64,000 bases of DNA from Myxococcota bacterium (GCA_039028615.1 JBCCHT010000001.1:694084-758083), one strand, 5' to 3'; counted from the stretch's first letter, positions 41,630 to 51,407 are shown. The notes: generated by a model not told the origin, from the letters alone. Program-made: numbers and translations.

Positions 41630-42514
41630 ATGGAGTTTCGTAGTGAAGCTGCGCAGGCCCGCGCCGAGCGGGAAGAGGGCGATCGTGCGCGCCGACTGCC
41701 CATGCACACCGGTCGTGCATTGGCCTCCGGCGCCCTGGCGGTCGTGTTCGTCCTGGTCGGGTTGTTCTTCGCCGTCCCGGTCGGCCAAGACCGTCGCGGG
41801 AGCGGCCAGGTCGTCCCCGCCGACGCCACCATGATCCGGGCCGACAGCGAAGGCACGCTGGCCTGGACCTTGCCCGTGGGTACACCCGTGCCCGCGGGAG
41901 GCCTGGTCGCCTCCATTGAAGGAGGGTCCTCGCGGGCTACGTTGGCGGCGACGCGAGCCACGGCTCGGGCGGCGCTGGTCGACCACCTCCGCTTTCCGCA
42001 GCGCGAGCGCTTCGCGGTCGGAGTGCCCGATGCGGTCCGCCAGCTGCGAGCCGAACAAACACGAGCGCAGGCCCGGGCCTTGTACGCCGCGGCGAGCGGC
42101 GAGGTCCTGCTCAGCTCGGCGCGCCCGGGCGACGCGATCAAGCCGGGAGACTTGGTCGCGGTCGTCGGCCACCGCGATGCCCCCATGGAGCTGCGCGCGT
42201 CCTTTCCCGCCGACGCCAAGGCACCGCCGCAGCGCGGCGATACCATCCGCTTTCGCTGGGGCGAGCGCACCGAGCAGTGGGCCAACTTCGACATCGTCGG
42301 GGTGAGCTACATGGCCGCCGACAACGAAGCCCGTACCAACAAAGAGACCAAGCCCTCGAGCATCCAGCTCGTGGGCGTCGTCGTCGATGAACACGCGGAG
42401 CGCCTGCGGCCCGGCCTACGCGGCGAGGTCGAGCTGGCCGGCAGCGGAGAGACCATGGCCGAGTTCGTGTGGGTCAACCTGGCGGCCGCATTCGGCCTTT
42501 CGGAGGCATCATGA
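41630..42514 (+). CDS. HlyD-like membrane fusion/adaptor protein
   Basis: MEFRSEA start, N-terminal TM, LYAAASGEV and GDAIKPGDLV lipoyl-like motifs, LRPGLRGEVE; its stop overlaps the exporter ATG. Confidence 0.7.
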   Translation: MEFRSEAAQARAEREEGDRARRLPMHTGRALASGALAVVFVLVGLFFAVPVGQDRRGSGQVVPADATMIRADSEGTLAWTLPVGTPVPAGGLVASIEGGSSRATLAATRATARAALVDHLRFPQRERFAVGVPDAVRQLRAEQTRAQARALYAAASGEVLLSSARPGDAIKPGDLVAVVGHRDAPMELRASFPADAKAPPQRGDTIRFRWGERTEQWANFDIVGVSYMAADNEARTNKETKPSSIQLVGVVVDEHAERLRPGLRGEVELAGSGETMAEFVWVNLAAAFGLSEAS

Positions 42515-44730
42515 ACGACACCATCGCCGCTCCCCTCGTGGGTGCCGGGGGCATGATCCGCACCCGCATTCGCACCGGGTATCGCATCGATCTCATCGAG
42601 CAACACGGCAGCGACGACTGTGCCATCGCCTGCCTGGCCACCGTGCTTCGGCACTTCGGTCGCGACATCGGCATCGCCGAGCTTCGGCCCGAGTTCGGGG
42701 CCTTCGCCGGAGGAGCCGACCTCGAGCAGCTCGCCCGGGTCGCGCGTCGGCACGGCCTTCGCCCCACCGCGTACTCCTTGTCCCTCGACGAGCTGTCCGA
42801 GCTCGCCCCCGGTAGCATCCTGCACTGGGACTTCAACCACTTCGTGGTGTTCGGAGGTCTACGCGGCGACCGCTTCGAGGTGCACGACCCCGCCCGCGGC
42901 AGCGCCCTGCTCACGCGCGAAGAGGTCAGCGCCTCGTTCACGGGCATCGCCCTCGAGTTCGAGCGGACCATGGCCTTCGAGCCCGCCACCTCGAAGACCC
43001 GGCCGCTGGCGCCCTACTTCACGCGAATCTTGGGTGAGCGCCGCGAGCTGGCCAAGGCGATCGCGCTGTCGGTGGGTAGCTACCTGCTGGGGCTCACCGC
43101 GCCCGCCCTGCTCGCCATCGCGGTGGAACGCTACATCCCCGCCCAGCGCGACGACTGGGTGTTCATCGCCGGCCTCGCCCTCGGGGGCATCGCGCTGGGC
43201 ACCTTCATCGTGGCGTGGATGCGGGGCCGCGTGCTCGGCTCGCTGTCCGTCACCCTCGAAGCCATTTTGCAGGGCGACTACTACGAACGCATCATGCACC
43301 TGCGCAACGAGTTCATCTCGCGCTACGACGCGGGTGACCTCTTACAGCGCGGCGACAGCCAGCGCGAGCTTCGTACGCAGCTGTCCCAGCTGTTCTTGGC
43401 CACCTCGCTCGATGCGTTCTCGGCCGTCATCTACTTCATCGCGATCTTGGCCCTGAGCCCGACCACCGCGGTGTTGCTCCTCGTCGCGGCGCTGTTCCAG
43501 GGCAGCCTGGCCATGGTGTTCCGCCCCCGACGCGAGCGCCTGTTCACCAAGATGCTGCGCCACGATGGCGAGGTCCAAGCCCGCCAAGTCGAGATGGTCT
43601 CCGCCTTGCGCACCATCAAGGCGATGGGTCGCGAAGCACCCATGCTCGCCCGCTGGGTCACCCGCTACACCGAGCGCGCCCGGGCGGATCTCGAGGTCGC
43701 CAACTTCGAGGCGGTGGTCAACGGAGTCTCGCGCGGCCTCAACACCCTGACCCCGGCGCTGGTCCTGCTCACCGCGGGGGTCTCCGCCGCCAAGGGAGAG
43801 CTGGGGCTCGGGGCCTTGTTCGCCCTGTCCGCCCTCGCCCCCGGCTTCGTGGGTCCGACCTCCGGCATGATCTCCACCTGGGTGGAGCTGGCCTCGGCCC
43901 GCTCCATCGCTCGCCGCGTACAAGAGGTCGTCACCGGTCCCAGCGAGCTCGACCACCCCGGGCGCAACAACGTCGCGCTGGAGGGTCGCATCGAGCTCGA
44001 CGAGGTGAGCTTCTCCTACTACGAGCGCCAGCCGATCCTCCGCGAGGTGAGCCTGCGGGTCGAGCCGGGGCAAACGGTCGCCATCGTGGGCGAGACCGGC
44101 TGCGGCAAGAGCACCCTGCTGCGCATGCTCACCGGGATGCTCCGCCCCGACTCCGGTCAGGTCCGCTTCGACGGCTACGGCATCGAAGAGCTCGAGCTGG
44201 GCGCCCTGCGGCGTCAGATCGGCGTGGTGCCCCAGGAGGTCGAGCTGCTTCGCGGGTCGATCCGCAGCAACATCGCGTTCGGCCTCAAGCTCGAAGAGCA
44301 CGAAATCATCGCCGCGGCCAAGCGAGCCGCGCTGCACGATCGCATCATGGACGACGCCTACGGCTACGACGCCCCCGTCAGCGAGGGAGGGCTGTCGCTG
44401 TCTGGCGGTGAGCGGCAGCGGCTGGCACTGGCTCGAGCGCTGGTCGGCTCGCCCAAGATCCTCCTGCTCGACGAGGCCACCAGTGCGCTCGACGTGGCCA
44501 CCGAGCGCACCGTGCAGTCCGCCCTTCGCGAGCTCGACTGCACCCGCATCATCGTGGCCCATCGGCTCTCCACCGTGCGCGACGCCGACCAGATCATCGT
44601 GATGAGCGACGGGACGATCGTCGAGTCGGGGACCCACGACACGCTCGCCGCTCGCGGTGGCGAGTACGCCCGCATGCTGGCCGCCCAGGCCGACGCCGAA
44701 CACGAAGACGAGCTGGAGGCAGCCCAATGA
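42511..44730 (+). CDS. Peptidase C39 domain-containing ABC transporter (PCAT)
   Basis: QHGSDDCAIACL (Cys), HWDFNHFVV (His), HDPARG (Asp); TM domain; GETGCGKS, LSGGE, LLLDE, AHR; GGAGG RBS. Confidence 0.93.
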   Translation: MNDTIAAPLVGAGGMIRTRIRTGYRIDLIEQHGSDDCAIACLATVLRHFGRDIGIAELRPEFGAFAGGADLEQLARVARRHGLRPTAYSLSLDELSELAPGSILHWDFNHFVVFGGLRGDRFEVHDPARGSALLTREEVSASFTGIALEFERTMAFEPATSKTRPLAPYFTRILGERRELAKAIALSVGSYLLGLTAPALLAIAVERYIPAQRDDWVFIAGLALGGIALGTFIVAWMRGRVLGSLSVTLEAILQGDYYERIMHLRNEFISRYDAGDLLQRGDSQRELRTQLSQLFLATSLDAFSAVIYFIAILALSPTTAVLLLVAALFQGSLAMVFRPRRERLFTKMLRHDGEVQARQVEMVSALRTIKAMGREAPMLARWVTRYTERARADLEVANFEAVVNGVSRGLNTLTPALVLLTAGVSAAKGELGLGALFALSALAPGFVGPTSGMISTWVELASARSIARRVQEVVTGPSELDHPGRNNVALEGRIELDEVSFSYYERQPILREVSLRVEPGQTVAIVGETGCGKSTLLRMLTGMLRPDSGQVRFDGYGIEELELGALRRQIGVVPQEVELLRGSIRSNIAFGLKLEEHEIIAAAKRAALHDRIMDDAYGYDAPVSEGGLSLSGGERQRLALARALVGSPKILLLDEATSALDVATERTVQSALRELDCTRIIVAHRLSTVRDADQIIVMSDGTIVESGTHDTLAARGGEYARMLAAQADAEHEDELEAAQ

Positions 44731-45632
44731 GACGCATGGCCATCATCCCCCCGCTCCTGCTCGTCGGCCTCGCCGCGTGTATGCCCAGCGCGCGCTCCGA
44801 GCCTTCCGAGGCCGCCCTGCCCCCGCAGCAAGCCGTGGTCGCGCCCCGTTGCGAGATTCCGGGGGTCATCGGGGCGGTGGACGTCGCCGGCCTCGAGGCG
44901 CCATTGGCCGGGCGCATCCACCTCGCCGAGCACGTCGCGCTGGGCTCGACCGTCTCCGCCCGGGGCCTGGTCGCCACCGTGGATACGCGGCTCGACGCGG
45001 GGCAGACCGCGGTGATTGAGGCGGCGTGGGTCAGCGCGCGAGCCCAGGTCGCCGTCGACGATGCCGACCTCCGCGCGGCTCGCCGCAAGCACGGAGAGCT
45101 CGAAGCACTGGCCGCGATCGAGTCCCGCACCACCATCGCCGACGCCGAAGAGGCGGTGACGCGAAGCAAGGCCAAGCTCGGCGCCGCCCGGGCCGGGGTC
45201 GCCCAAGCCAAGGCGGTGCGCGAGCAAGCGGAGGCGCAGGCCGAGTTCGCCACCATCCGTGCCCCCTTCTCCGGGTCGGTCGTGGACATTCGCGTTCGCG
45301 AGGGCGAGCTCGTTCAGCCCGGCGATCGAATCGCGGTGCTTCGCGACGACAGCCGCCGAGAGCTGCGCTTCGCCATCGACCCCGACGCCGCGGCCGAGCT
45401 GCGCCCGGGCCAGAGCATTCACTATCGAGGCGCGACCGCGGGCTCCGAGGGGGTCGCCACGCTGCGCACCATCCCGGCCTCTCCCGATCCACGCACCGGT
45501 CTTCTGCTGCTGCACGCCGATCTGCCCCGCAACGAGGCCGCGCCCGAAGGAACCTCGGTCCACGTGGCCATGCCGGCTCACCGCACGCACTGGTGCACCG
45601 AGCAATCCCGGGCCGAAGAGCAGCCGGCCTAG
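44727..45632 (+). CDS. Efflux RND-type periplasmic adaptor lipoprotein
   Basis: LAAC lipobox, APLAGRI, coiled coil, TIRAPFSGSV, EGELVQPG, DPRTG; ATGA overlap with the PCAT. Confidence 0.85.
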   Translation: MRRMAIIPPLLLVGLAACMPSARSEPSEAALPPQQAVVAPRCEIPGVIGAVDVAGLEAPLAGRIHLAEHVALGSTVSARGLVATVDTRLDAGQTAVIEAAWVSARAQVAVDDADLRAARRKHGELEALAAIESRTTIADAEEAVTRSKAKLGAARAGVAQAKAVREQAEAQAEFATIRAPFSGSVVDIRVREGELVQPGDRIAVLRDDSRRELRFAIDPDAAAELRPGQSIHYRGATAGSEGVATLRTIPASPDPRTGLLLLHADLPRNEAAPEGTSVHVAMPAHRTHWCTEQSRAEEQPA

Positions 45633-45702
45633 CCGGCCCCGTCCGCTCCGGCCGATGTTCGCCGCGCCTTCACCTCGACCGCCCGAGCCCGTCGCTGGCC
45701 AG

Positions 45703-48507
45703 CTACGCGCCGTCCAAGCGCGCGAGCCAGAGGGTCGCTCGGATGTCGAGGACGGTGAACGCCAGGTGCCCGTCGTCGGGCGAGGCCCGCGGCGAGCAGA
45801 ACCAGTCCTCCGACGCGCGGTAGGCCTCGGTCCACTCGCCGTTGGCCGAGTCCACGGACCAGATCACGTTGAACTCCTTCGAGCGTCCCGTGACCCAGTA
45901 GCGGGAGCCATCGCTCGAGTAGGTCACGCCCTGCGCCCGCATCAGCGGCAGGGCCCCCGTGTACTCCACCGAGGCAGAGGTGCCCGTCGCCAGCTCCACC
46001 GTCTCGATCCGCGGCCCGTACACCGCGGCGGCGAAGGTCGTGGCATCGGGCGACAGCGCACCGACGTCGAGCCAGTGCACGATGCCGGACAGCTCGGTCT
46101 CCAGCATCGGTGCGCGGATGCCCCGCTCGGTGTCGAGTCGCTCGAGGGCGATGCCCTTCGACTCGCGGCGCGTCGCCAGGATGCACTCGCCGCTCGGGGC
46201 ACAGGCCAGCATGGGGGCTCGGCCCGAGGCGAGCCCGGCCGAGCGCCCCCAGTCGATCATCATCGTCGGCGACCCCGATTTCAGATCCCGGCGCACGAGG
46301 TCGAGGCGCTCCGGCTGCTCCTCCCACACGAAGAGGCTGGCGTCCTCCCGACCCGGACGCCACGAGATCACGTTGAGCGCGTGGGCATCACGGACCTCGT
46401 CGAACAGCGGCTCCAGGTCGGTCGAGTTCAGCGAACCACGGAACAAGCGACGGCTCTCGCCCGAGCGCGCCGCCACGACGTAGTGCTCCGGGTCGAGCCA
46501 AGCGACGGGGCTCGACGTCGAGCGCCCGGCCAGAGGCCGCACGTTGGCCAGGGCGCCGTCGTCACCGACTTCACCCACGTACTGCCGCTCGCTCGCCCGC
46601 TCGGGGCTCGCCGCCACCACCAGGCTCGAGGAGTCCGAGGCGGGATAGCAGGTCAGCTGCACGCTCTCGTCGCGCAGCACCAGGTGCGGATCGCCGCGCG
46701 ACCGGGGGCCTCGCTCACCGTCGGCCACGCGCTGCACGTACAGCGACCCCGCCGACCAGGTGCGCTCGCCGAAGACGATGCCCTGGTCGAGCCACGCCAG
46801 GCACGGCTCGGAGGGCCCGGGTCCGCTGTCGCTCAGCAGCCGCGCTTCCGTGCCGTCGGGGCGCATCGCGATCACTCGGGTCCTCCGCTCGCCCGCGACG
46901 ACGTGACCGGCCTGCACCGCGAGCCACTGGCCATCGGGCGACCACACCACCTGCCAGTAGGGCAGCGACTCGGCCATGTCGACCCCGGGTAGCTCGACGT
47001 CGGCCAGCCCGAAGCGCCGCGTGTCTTCGCCCGTCTCGAGATCGATGGTGTGCACCGCGTCGCCCCGCGGATACACGAGCTGATGCCCTCCGGTCGCGAC
47101 GTGCCCGCGGTTGGGCGTGGTGAGCGTGTTGAAGCGACGGACGATGCCCGTCTGCCGATCGAGAATGGCGATCCCATCGGGCACGACCACCACCGCCTGG
47201 CTCCCGTCGCCCGTGGCGGTGAGCGGGACGACGTCGTCGACCGACACGCGGTTGCTGCCGTCGTTGTCCTCCCACCAGGTGGAGGTGCCGTCCGTGGCCA
47301 GCACCCAGCCACGCCCAGCGATGGCGAACGCGCGCCAGGTGGGTCCGGCGACTCGGCGCCCGCGGGTGAGCACCACGGCTCCATCGGCTGCCGCCGCGGC
47401 AGAGGTGGGCGGGGATGCCTCGGTGGCCACGGAAGGCGCGGGCTCGGGATCGGGCCGCAGCGCCACGCCGACCGCGAGCCCCACCGCCACCATCCCGACC
47501 GCCGTAGCCCCCAAGACCTTGGGCAGCGCCGAGCTCTTGCCGCGCTCCAGATCGGCGATCAACGACTCGAGATCGGGATGCCGATCATCGGCCAATCGCG
47601 ACAGTCCCACCCGCAGGATCGATTCCACTCGTCGCGGCACGGTCTCGATGTGGCCAGGGGGTGTGCCCGCCCGCATCGCCTCCTCGATGGCGACGACGGT
47701 GTCGCCCGGGTAGGGCCGCGACCCGGTCAGCGCCTCCCACAGGGCGACACAGAAGCTGAACTGGTCGCTACGCGCATCGGTGGGCAGCCCGGCCATCTGC
47801 TCCGGCGACATATAGGCCGGCGTCCCGAGCACGGTGCCCGTCTTGGTCAAGCTGCCCGAGGTCTCCGTCGCCCCGTCGAGGCGCGGGCGCGAGCCGAGGG
47901 TCTGCGTGGGGACCTCGGCGTTGCCCACGAGCCCGAAGTCCAGCACCCGCACGACACCATCTTCACCGACGATCGCGTTGTCGGGCTTGAAGTCGCGATG
48001 CACCATGCCCGCGCGGTGAGCCGCGGCGAGGCCCCGCCCCGCTTGCGTGTACACGGCCACGATTTCGCGCCAGGTCCGACCCGGCACTCGCTGCCACTGG
48101 CGCAGGGTCAGGCCCTTGACCAGCTCCATCGCCAGGTAGGTCTGCCCTTCGTGCACGCCGACCTCGAAGACCGGCACCACGTTGGCGTGGGAGAGCCGAG
48201 CCATGGCCTGAGCTTCGCGTCGTAGGCGGTCGGCCCCGAAGCGGGTGCCCTCGGGGTCGGCCCGCAGCACCTTGATCGCCACCCCGCGATCGAGCTCAGG
48301 GTCGTGTGCCTCGTACACGACCCCGATGCCTCCCGAGCCGATGCGCCGCCGGACCTCGAATCGGCCGATGCACACGGGGTCGATGCGCTGCCCGAAGAGC
48401 GCTTTTTGGACCGCCGCCTTGCGGATCCGGACCCCCAGCGTGGAATAGGTGCGAGGGTCGGGGATCTCGGAGTCCGGCGAGCTCTCGGGCGGCTCGGTCA
48501 TGGTCAA
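45703..48507 (-). CDS. Membrane Ser/Thr protein kinase with extracytoplasmic beta-propeller
   Basis: IGSGGIGVVY, VAIK, HRDFKPDN, DFGL, GTPAYMSPE, SDQFSFC; TM; TolB/WD40-like repeats (WSPDG, LSPDA, YSSDG, ASPDD). Confidence 0.92.
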   Translation of the reverse strand: MTMTEPPESSPDSEIPDPRTYSTLGVRIRKAAVQKALFGQRIDPVCIGRFEVRRRIGSGGIGVVYEAHDPELDRGVAIKVLRADPEGTRFGADRLRREAQAMARLSHANVVPVFEVGVHEGQTYLAMELVKGLTLRQWQRVPGRTWREIVAVYTQAGRGLAAAHRAGMVHRDFKPDNAIVGEDGVVRVLDFGLVGNAEVPTQTLGSRPRLDGATETSGSLTKTGTVLGTPAYMSPEQMAGLPTDARSDQFSFCVALWEALTGSRPYPGDTVVAIEEAMRAGTPPGHIETVPRRVESILRVGLSRLADDRHPDLESLIADLERGKSSALPKVLGATAVGMVAVGLAVGVALRPDPEPAPSVATEASPPTSAAAAADGAVVLTRGRRVAGPTWRAFAIAGRGWVLATDGTSTWWEDNDGSNRVSVDDVVPLTATGDGSQAVVVVPDGIAILDRQTGIVRRFNTLTTPNRGHVATGGHQLVYPRGDAVHTIDLETGEDTRRFGLADVELPGVDMAESLPYWQVVWSPDGQWLAVQAGHVVAGERRTRVIAMRPDGTEARLLSDSGPGPSEPCLAWLDQGIVFGERTWSAGSLYVQRVADGERGPRSRGDPHLVLRDESVQLTCYPASDSSSLVVAASPERASERQYVGEVGDDGALANVRPLAGRSTSSPVAWLDPEHYVVAARSGESRRLFRGSLNSTDLEPLFDEVRDAHALNVISWRPGREDASLFVWEEQPERLDLVRRDLKSGSPTMMIDWGRSAGLASGRAPMLACAPSGECILATRRESKGIALERLDTERGIRAPMLETELSGIVHWLDVGALSPDATTFAAAVYGPRIETVELATGTSASVEYTGALPLMRAQGVTYSSDGSRYWVTGRSKEFNVIWSVDSANGEWTEAYRASEDWFCSPRASPDDGHLAFTVLDIRATLWLARLDGA

Positions 48508-49115
48508 GCGTCGAGTGCGGCCGCCCAGGAATCGAGGTTGGTGAGCTGCGACGAGACGATCGATAGACCGGCGGACAGCTTATCGATCTCCGTAAACAGC
48601 AATCGCTTGGCCCGGCGCAGGCGACTCTTCACCGTGCCGGGCGGGATTCCCACGACGTCTCCGATCTCGGTGGCAGACAGCCCCTCCCAGTAGTGCAGCT
48701 CGACCGTGATCTGCAGGTCGAGAGGCAGGCGCGGCAGGGCCTTGGCCAACAACCGACGCTCCTGCCGCTCGGCGATGACGCAGCTGGGCGAGGTCTGCAG
48801 GTCGTGCAGGGAGCTACGAGCCGGATCGACGGGGTCGGCCTGCCGACGTCGCTCGTTGAAGTAGCGCAGCAGCTCGAAGCGAGCCACGCCGAACAAGAAC
48901 GCGCGGAAGCTGGACGCGTTGCGCAGGGTGTCGCGCTTCTCCAGGCAGGCGAGAAAGCTGCGCTGGAGCAGCTCTTGGCAGTCCTGGCCCGCCTTGTTGC
49001 GAAAGAAGCGATCGAGCGCGGCATAGTGGCGCTCGAAGAGCGCTTGGCCAGCGCTCTGCGTGCCCTGCCGCCATTGCTCGAGAAGATCAGCGTCGCTACA
49101 GCCTTCGGTAGACAT
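48504..49115 (-). CDS. ECF RNA polymerase sigma factor
   Basis: LFERHY...FFRNK, SFRAFLFGVAR, ELHYWEGLSATEIGDVVGIPPGTVKSRLRRAK; start trimmed to ATG 49115. Confidence 0.9.
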   Translation of the reverse strand: MSTEGCSDADLLEQWRQGTQSAGQALFERHYAALDRFFRNKAGQDCQELLQRSFLACLEKRDTLRNASSFRAFLFGVARFELLRYFNERRRQADPVDPARSSLHDLQTSPSCVIAERQERRLLAKALPRLPLDLQITVELHYWEGLSATEIGDVVGIPPGTVKSRLRRAKRLLFTEIDKLSAGLSIVSSQLTNLDSWAAALDA

Positions 49116-49442
49116 GCGAAACGAGTGCGATCTCGGATGCGATCGAAGACCCCCTTCAACCGCAGCCCAACATTGCCTTACCCCTGTGTCGCTTCTAACG
49201 CATCGACGGAACGACAGCAACTCGACGCCATCGTCACAATGAGTGCGGGCCCTCACCTCGTCACTTTACGCTTCATCGTTGCACGTGGTCGAACCTTCAC
49301 GCGCAAACATTCCATGTACGGTCAGTTTTCGTGGCACTTCGGCCACTGCGGAAGATGCTCACGGTGCAATGACGTGCGCACTTGCTCGGTGCAGGTGCGA
49401 CACGCCGATGCGTGCGCCAGGAGCACGGCAACGACGCGGCGT

Positions 49443-51002
49443 TCAGGGCCGACCGGTGAGCGAAAAGAACTCGCGAATCTTGAACAGCAGCTGCCCCGAG
49501 CGCTCGTCATCGAGCTCGCCCGCCGCCCGCGTCGCCGCCGTCTTCGAGGACGCGGTGTCGATCTGCTCCTGTCGCGCCGCCAGCGAGCGGCTGATGGCCT
49601 CCGCCAACTCGGGCGAGCTGTCGAGAATGGGCGCGAACGCGGACTTGCCCACCACGAGCAGCTCGGTGTCGAGCAAGGTGCGCACATTGGCGGCTCGTGG
49701 CTCCCCGGTCATTAGCGACATCTCGCCGAAGAACGAGCCCGCCCCCAGTCGGGCGATCTCGGTGCTGTCTCCCCGCGGCGTGTACTCGCTCTCGTCGACG
49801 GAAATCACCACCTGACCGCTCAGCACGATGAACAGCTCGTCTCCCGGGTCCCCCTGCCGAATGATGAGCTCGCCCGGCGCATAGGGCCGTAGCTCCGCCG
49901 CCTCGGCCAGCTGCTGCTGCTGCTCTTCGGACAGCTCGCGGCACATGTCGACCTTCTGCAGCGCCTGCAGTCGGTGCGCGAGTTCCTCGCGGGCTTGCTT
50001 CTTGCGCCGGTTCTCGTCGTCGGGGTGCATCGCGACGTCGTAGGCCGGCACCGCAATCTCGATGCCCGCGCGGCGCAGCGCGTACCAGACCCGCTCGCGG
50101 GCGAAGCCATCGGTCGCCTCGCGGCCGGCGTAGTCGTCGATGAAATAGCGCACCCAGTAGCGCATGCCGTAGTCGGTGAACTCCTTGGTGACGACGTCGG
50201 GCGGCGGGTCCCGCAGCACGCCCTCGGTCTCGCGGAGCCCGGACTCGACCGCCGCCCGCACTCGGTGCGGCGCGACCTCGCGGGGCACCACCACCAAGAG
50301 CGAACGGCGGCTCACCCGGCTGGGCTTGGTGAAGTTGCGGATGGGCGCCTTGGCCAGCGGCCCGTTGGGAATCACGATCTCGATGTGGTCGAGGGTGATG
50401 ACCCGGGTCGCTCGCCAGTTGATCTCCACCACCCGGCCGACCATGTCGGAGTCTTCGTTGTACTGAATCCAGTCGCCGACCTCGAAGGGGTTCTGCGCCT
50501 GAATGGACAGGCCGGCGAAGAGGTTGCCGAGCGTGTCTTGCAGCGACAGACCGACCACCGCGGTGAGCAGGGCCGAGGTGGTGAGCAGGGCGTCGAGCTG
50601 GGCCCCCGCGTGCCGCAGCACGGCGAGCACCGCCCCCATGTAGACCAGGCCCTCGAGGATGTCGCGGAAGATCTTGGGGATGGGCCGGGCCGAGCGACGG
50701 GCCAACCACGAGTCGAGCACCAGCACGAACACCGCTCGGCCCAGGCACACCAGGATGAGCAGCAGCGCGGCCAGCTCGGTGAACCGATGGAAGCCGCCCC
50801 CGGGCGTGGCGACCGAGGTGAGCCCAGCAAAGACGAGGTGAGCGACCAGCAGCCGGAAGGGCCAGCGAATGAGGGACCGCCGCGAATAGGGCAGCCACAC
50901 CCGCAGGGCGATGATCAAGGCCAGCGCAACGATGGGGCCCACCCCACCGAAGGGCAGCGCCCCATCCATCCGGGACACCAGGTCTTCACCAGGCCACTCC
51001 AT
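49443..51002 (-). CDS. MscS-family mechanosensitive channel with C-terminal cyclic-nucleotide-binding domain
   Basis: VVGLSLQDTLGNLFAGL, PFEVGDWI, INWRAT, IPN; IIRQGDPGDELFIV...FFGEMSLMTGEPRAANV. Confidence 0.9.
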   Translation of the reverse strand: MEWPGEDLVSRMDGALPFGGVGPIVALALIIALRVWLPYSRRSLIRWPFRLLVAHLVFAGLTSVATPGGGFHRFTELAALLLILVCLGRAVFVLVLDSWLARRSARPIPKIFRDILEGLVYMGAVLAVLRHAGAQLDALLTTSALLTAVVGLSLQDTLGNLFAGLSIQAQNPFEVGDWIQYNEDSDMVGRVVEINWRATRVITLDHIEIVIPNGPLAKAPIRNFTKPSRVSRRSLLVVVPREVAPHRVRAAVESGLRETEGVLRDPPPDVVTKEFTDYGMRYWVRYFIDDYAGREATDGFARERVWYALRRAGIEIAVPAYDVAMHPDDENRRKKQAREELAHRLQALQKVDMCRELSEEQQQQLAEAAELRPYAPGELIIRQGDPGDELFIVLSGQVVISVDESEYTPRGDSTEIARLGAGSFFGEMSLMTGEPRAANVRTLLDTELLVVGKSAFAPILDSSPELAEAISRSLAARQEQIDTASSKTAATRAAGELDDERSGQLLFKIREFFSLTGRP

Positions 51003-51032
51003 GGTCGTCGCTTCGATGGGCGACCGGGTGCT

Positions 51033-51407
51033 TCAGACGGGCGGATGCGTGACCGCAACCCATGCGGCCGCGGCGCCAACGAGCGGAAGCAGAAACAGCC
51101 ACACTCGACCCATCTCTGGAGTGCGCTTCACCAGTGTGAGGGCAGCCCCCAATACGAGCCACAATCCGAGCTTGATGAAGATCCAGGTGGGCCAACCCGA
51201 CATGATTCCGATCCTCGCCATCAGCCCGAATCCGGCGACGAAGACCACCAACAGCGAAACGCCGTGACCAATTGTCAGGACCTTGCGCAGCGGTTTGACA
51301 TCTCGTTCATCCCCCCCGCGCAGGCCGAGGATGGCAATGCCACCCAGACACGCGAACAGCACCATGATGCCCAGTAGGTGAAGGACCTTGTAGAGTTCGT
51401 AGGACAT
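51033..51407 (-). CDS. Small 4-TM membrane protein (SirB2/DUF2269-like)
   Basis: MSYELYKVLHLLGI...HGVSLL...GFGLMARIG...WPTWIFIKLGLW. Confidence 0.75.
   Translation of the reverse strand: MSYELYKVLHLLGIMVLFACLGGIAILGLRGGDERDVKPLRKVLTIGHGVSLLVVFVAGFGLMARIGIMSGWPTWIFIKLGLWLVLGAALTLVKRTPEMGRVWLFLLPLVGAAAAWVAVTHPPV

Noticed and set aside
38121..45632. Assignment as lanthipeptide, ranthipeptide/sactipeptide, DUF692 (MNIO) product or class IIb microcin
   Set aside because: No LanB/C/M, radical SAM, DUF692, MchD/MceI or glycosyltransferase motifs were recognised, and the cores lack the Ser-rich microcin C-terminus.
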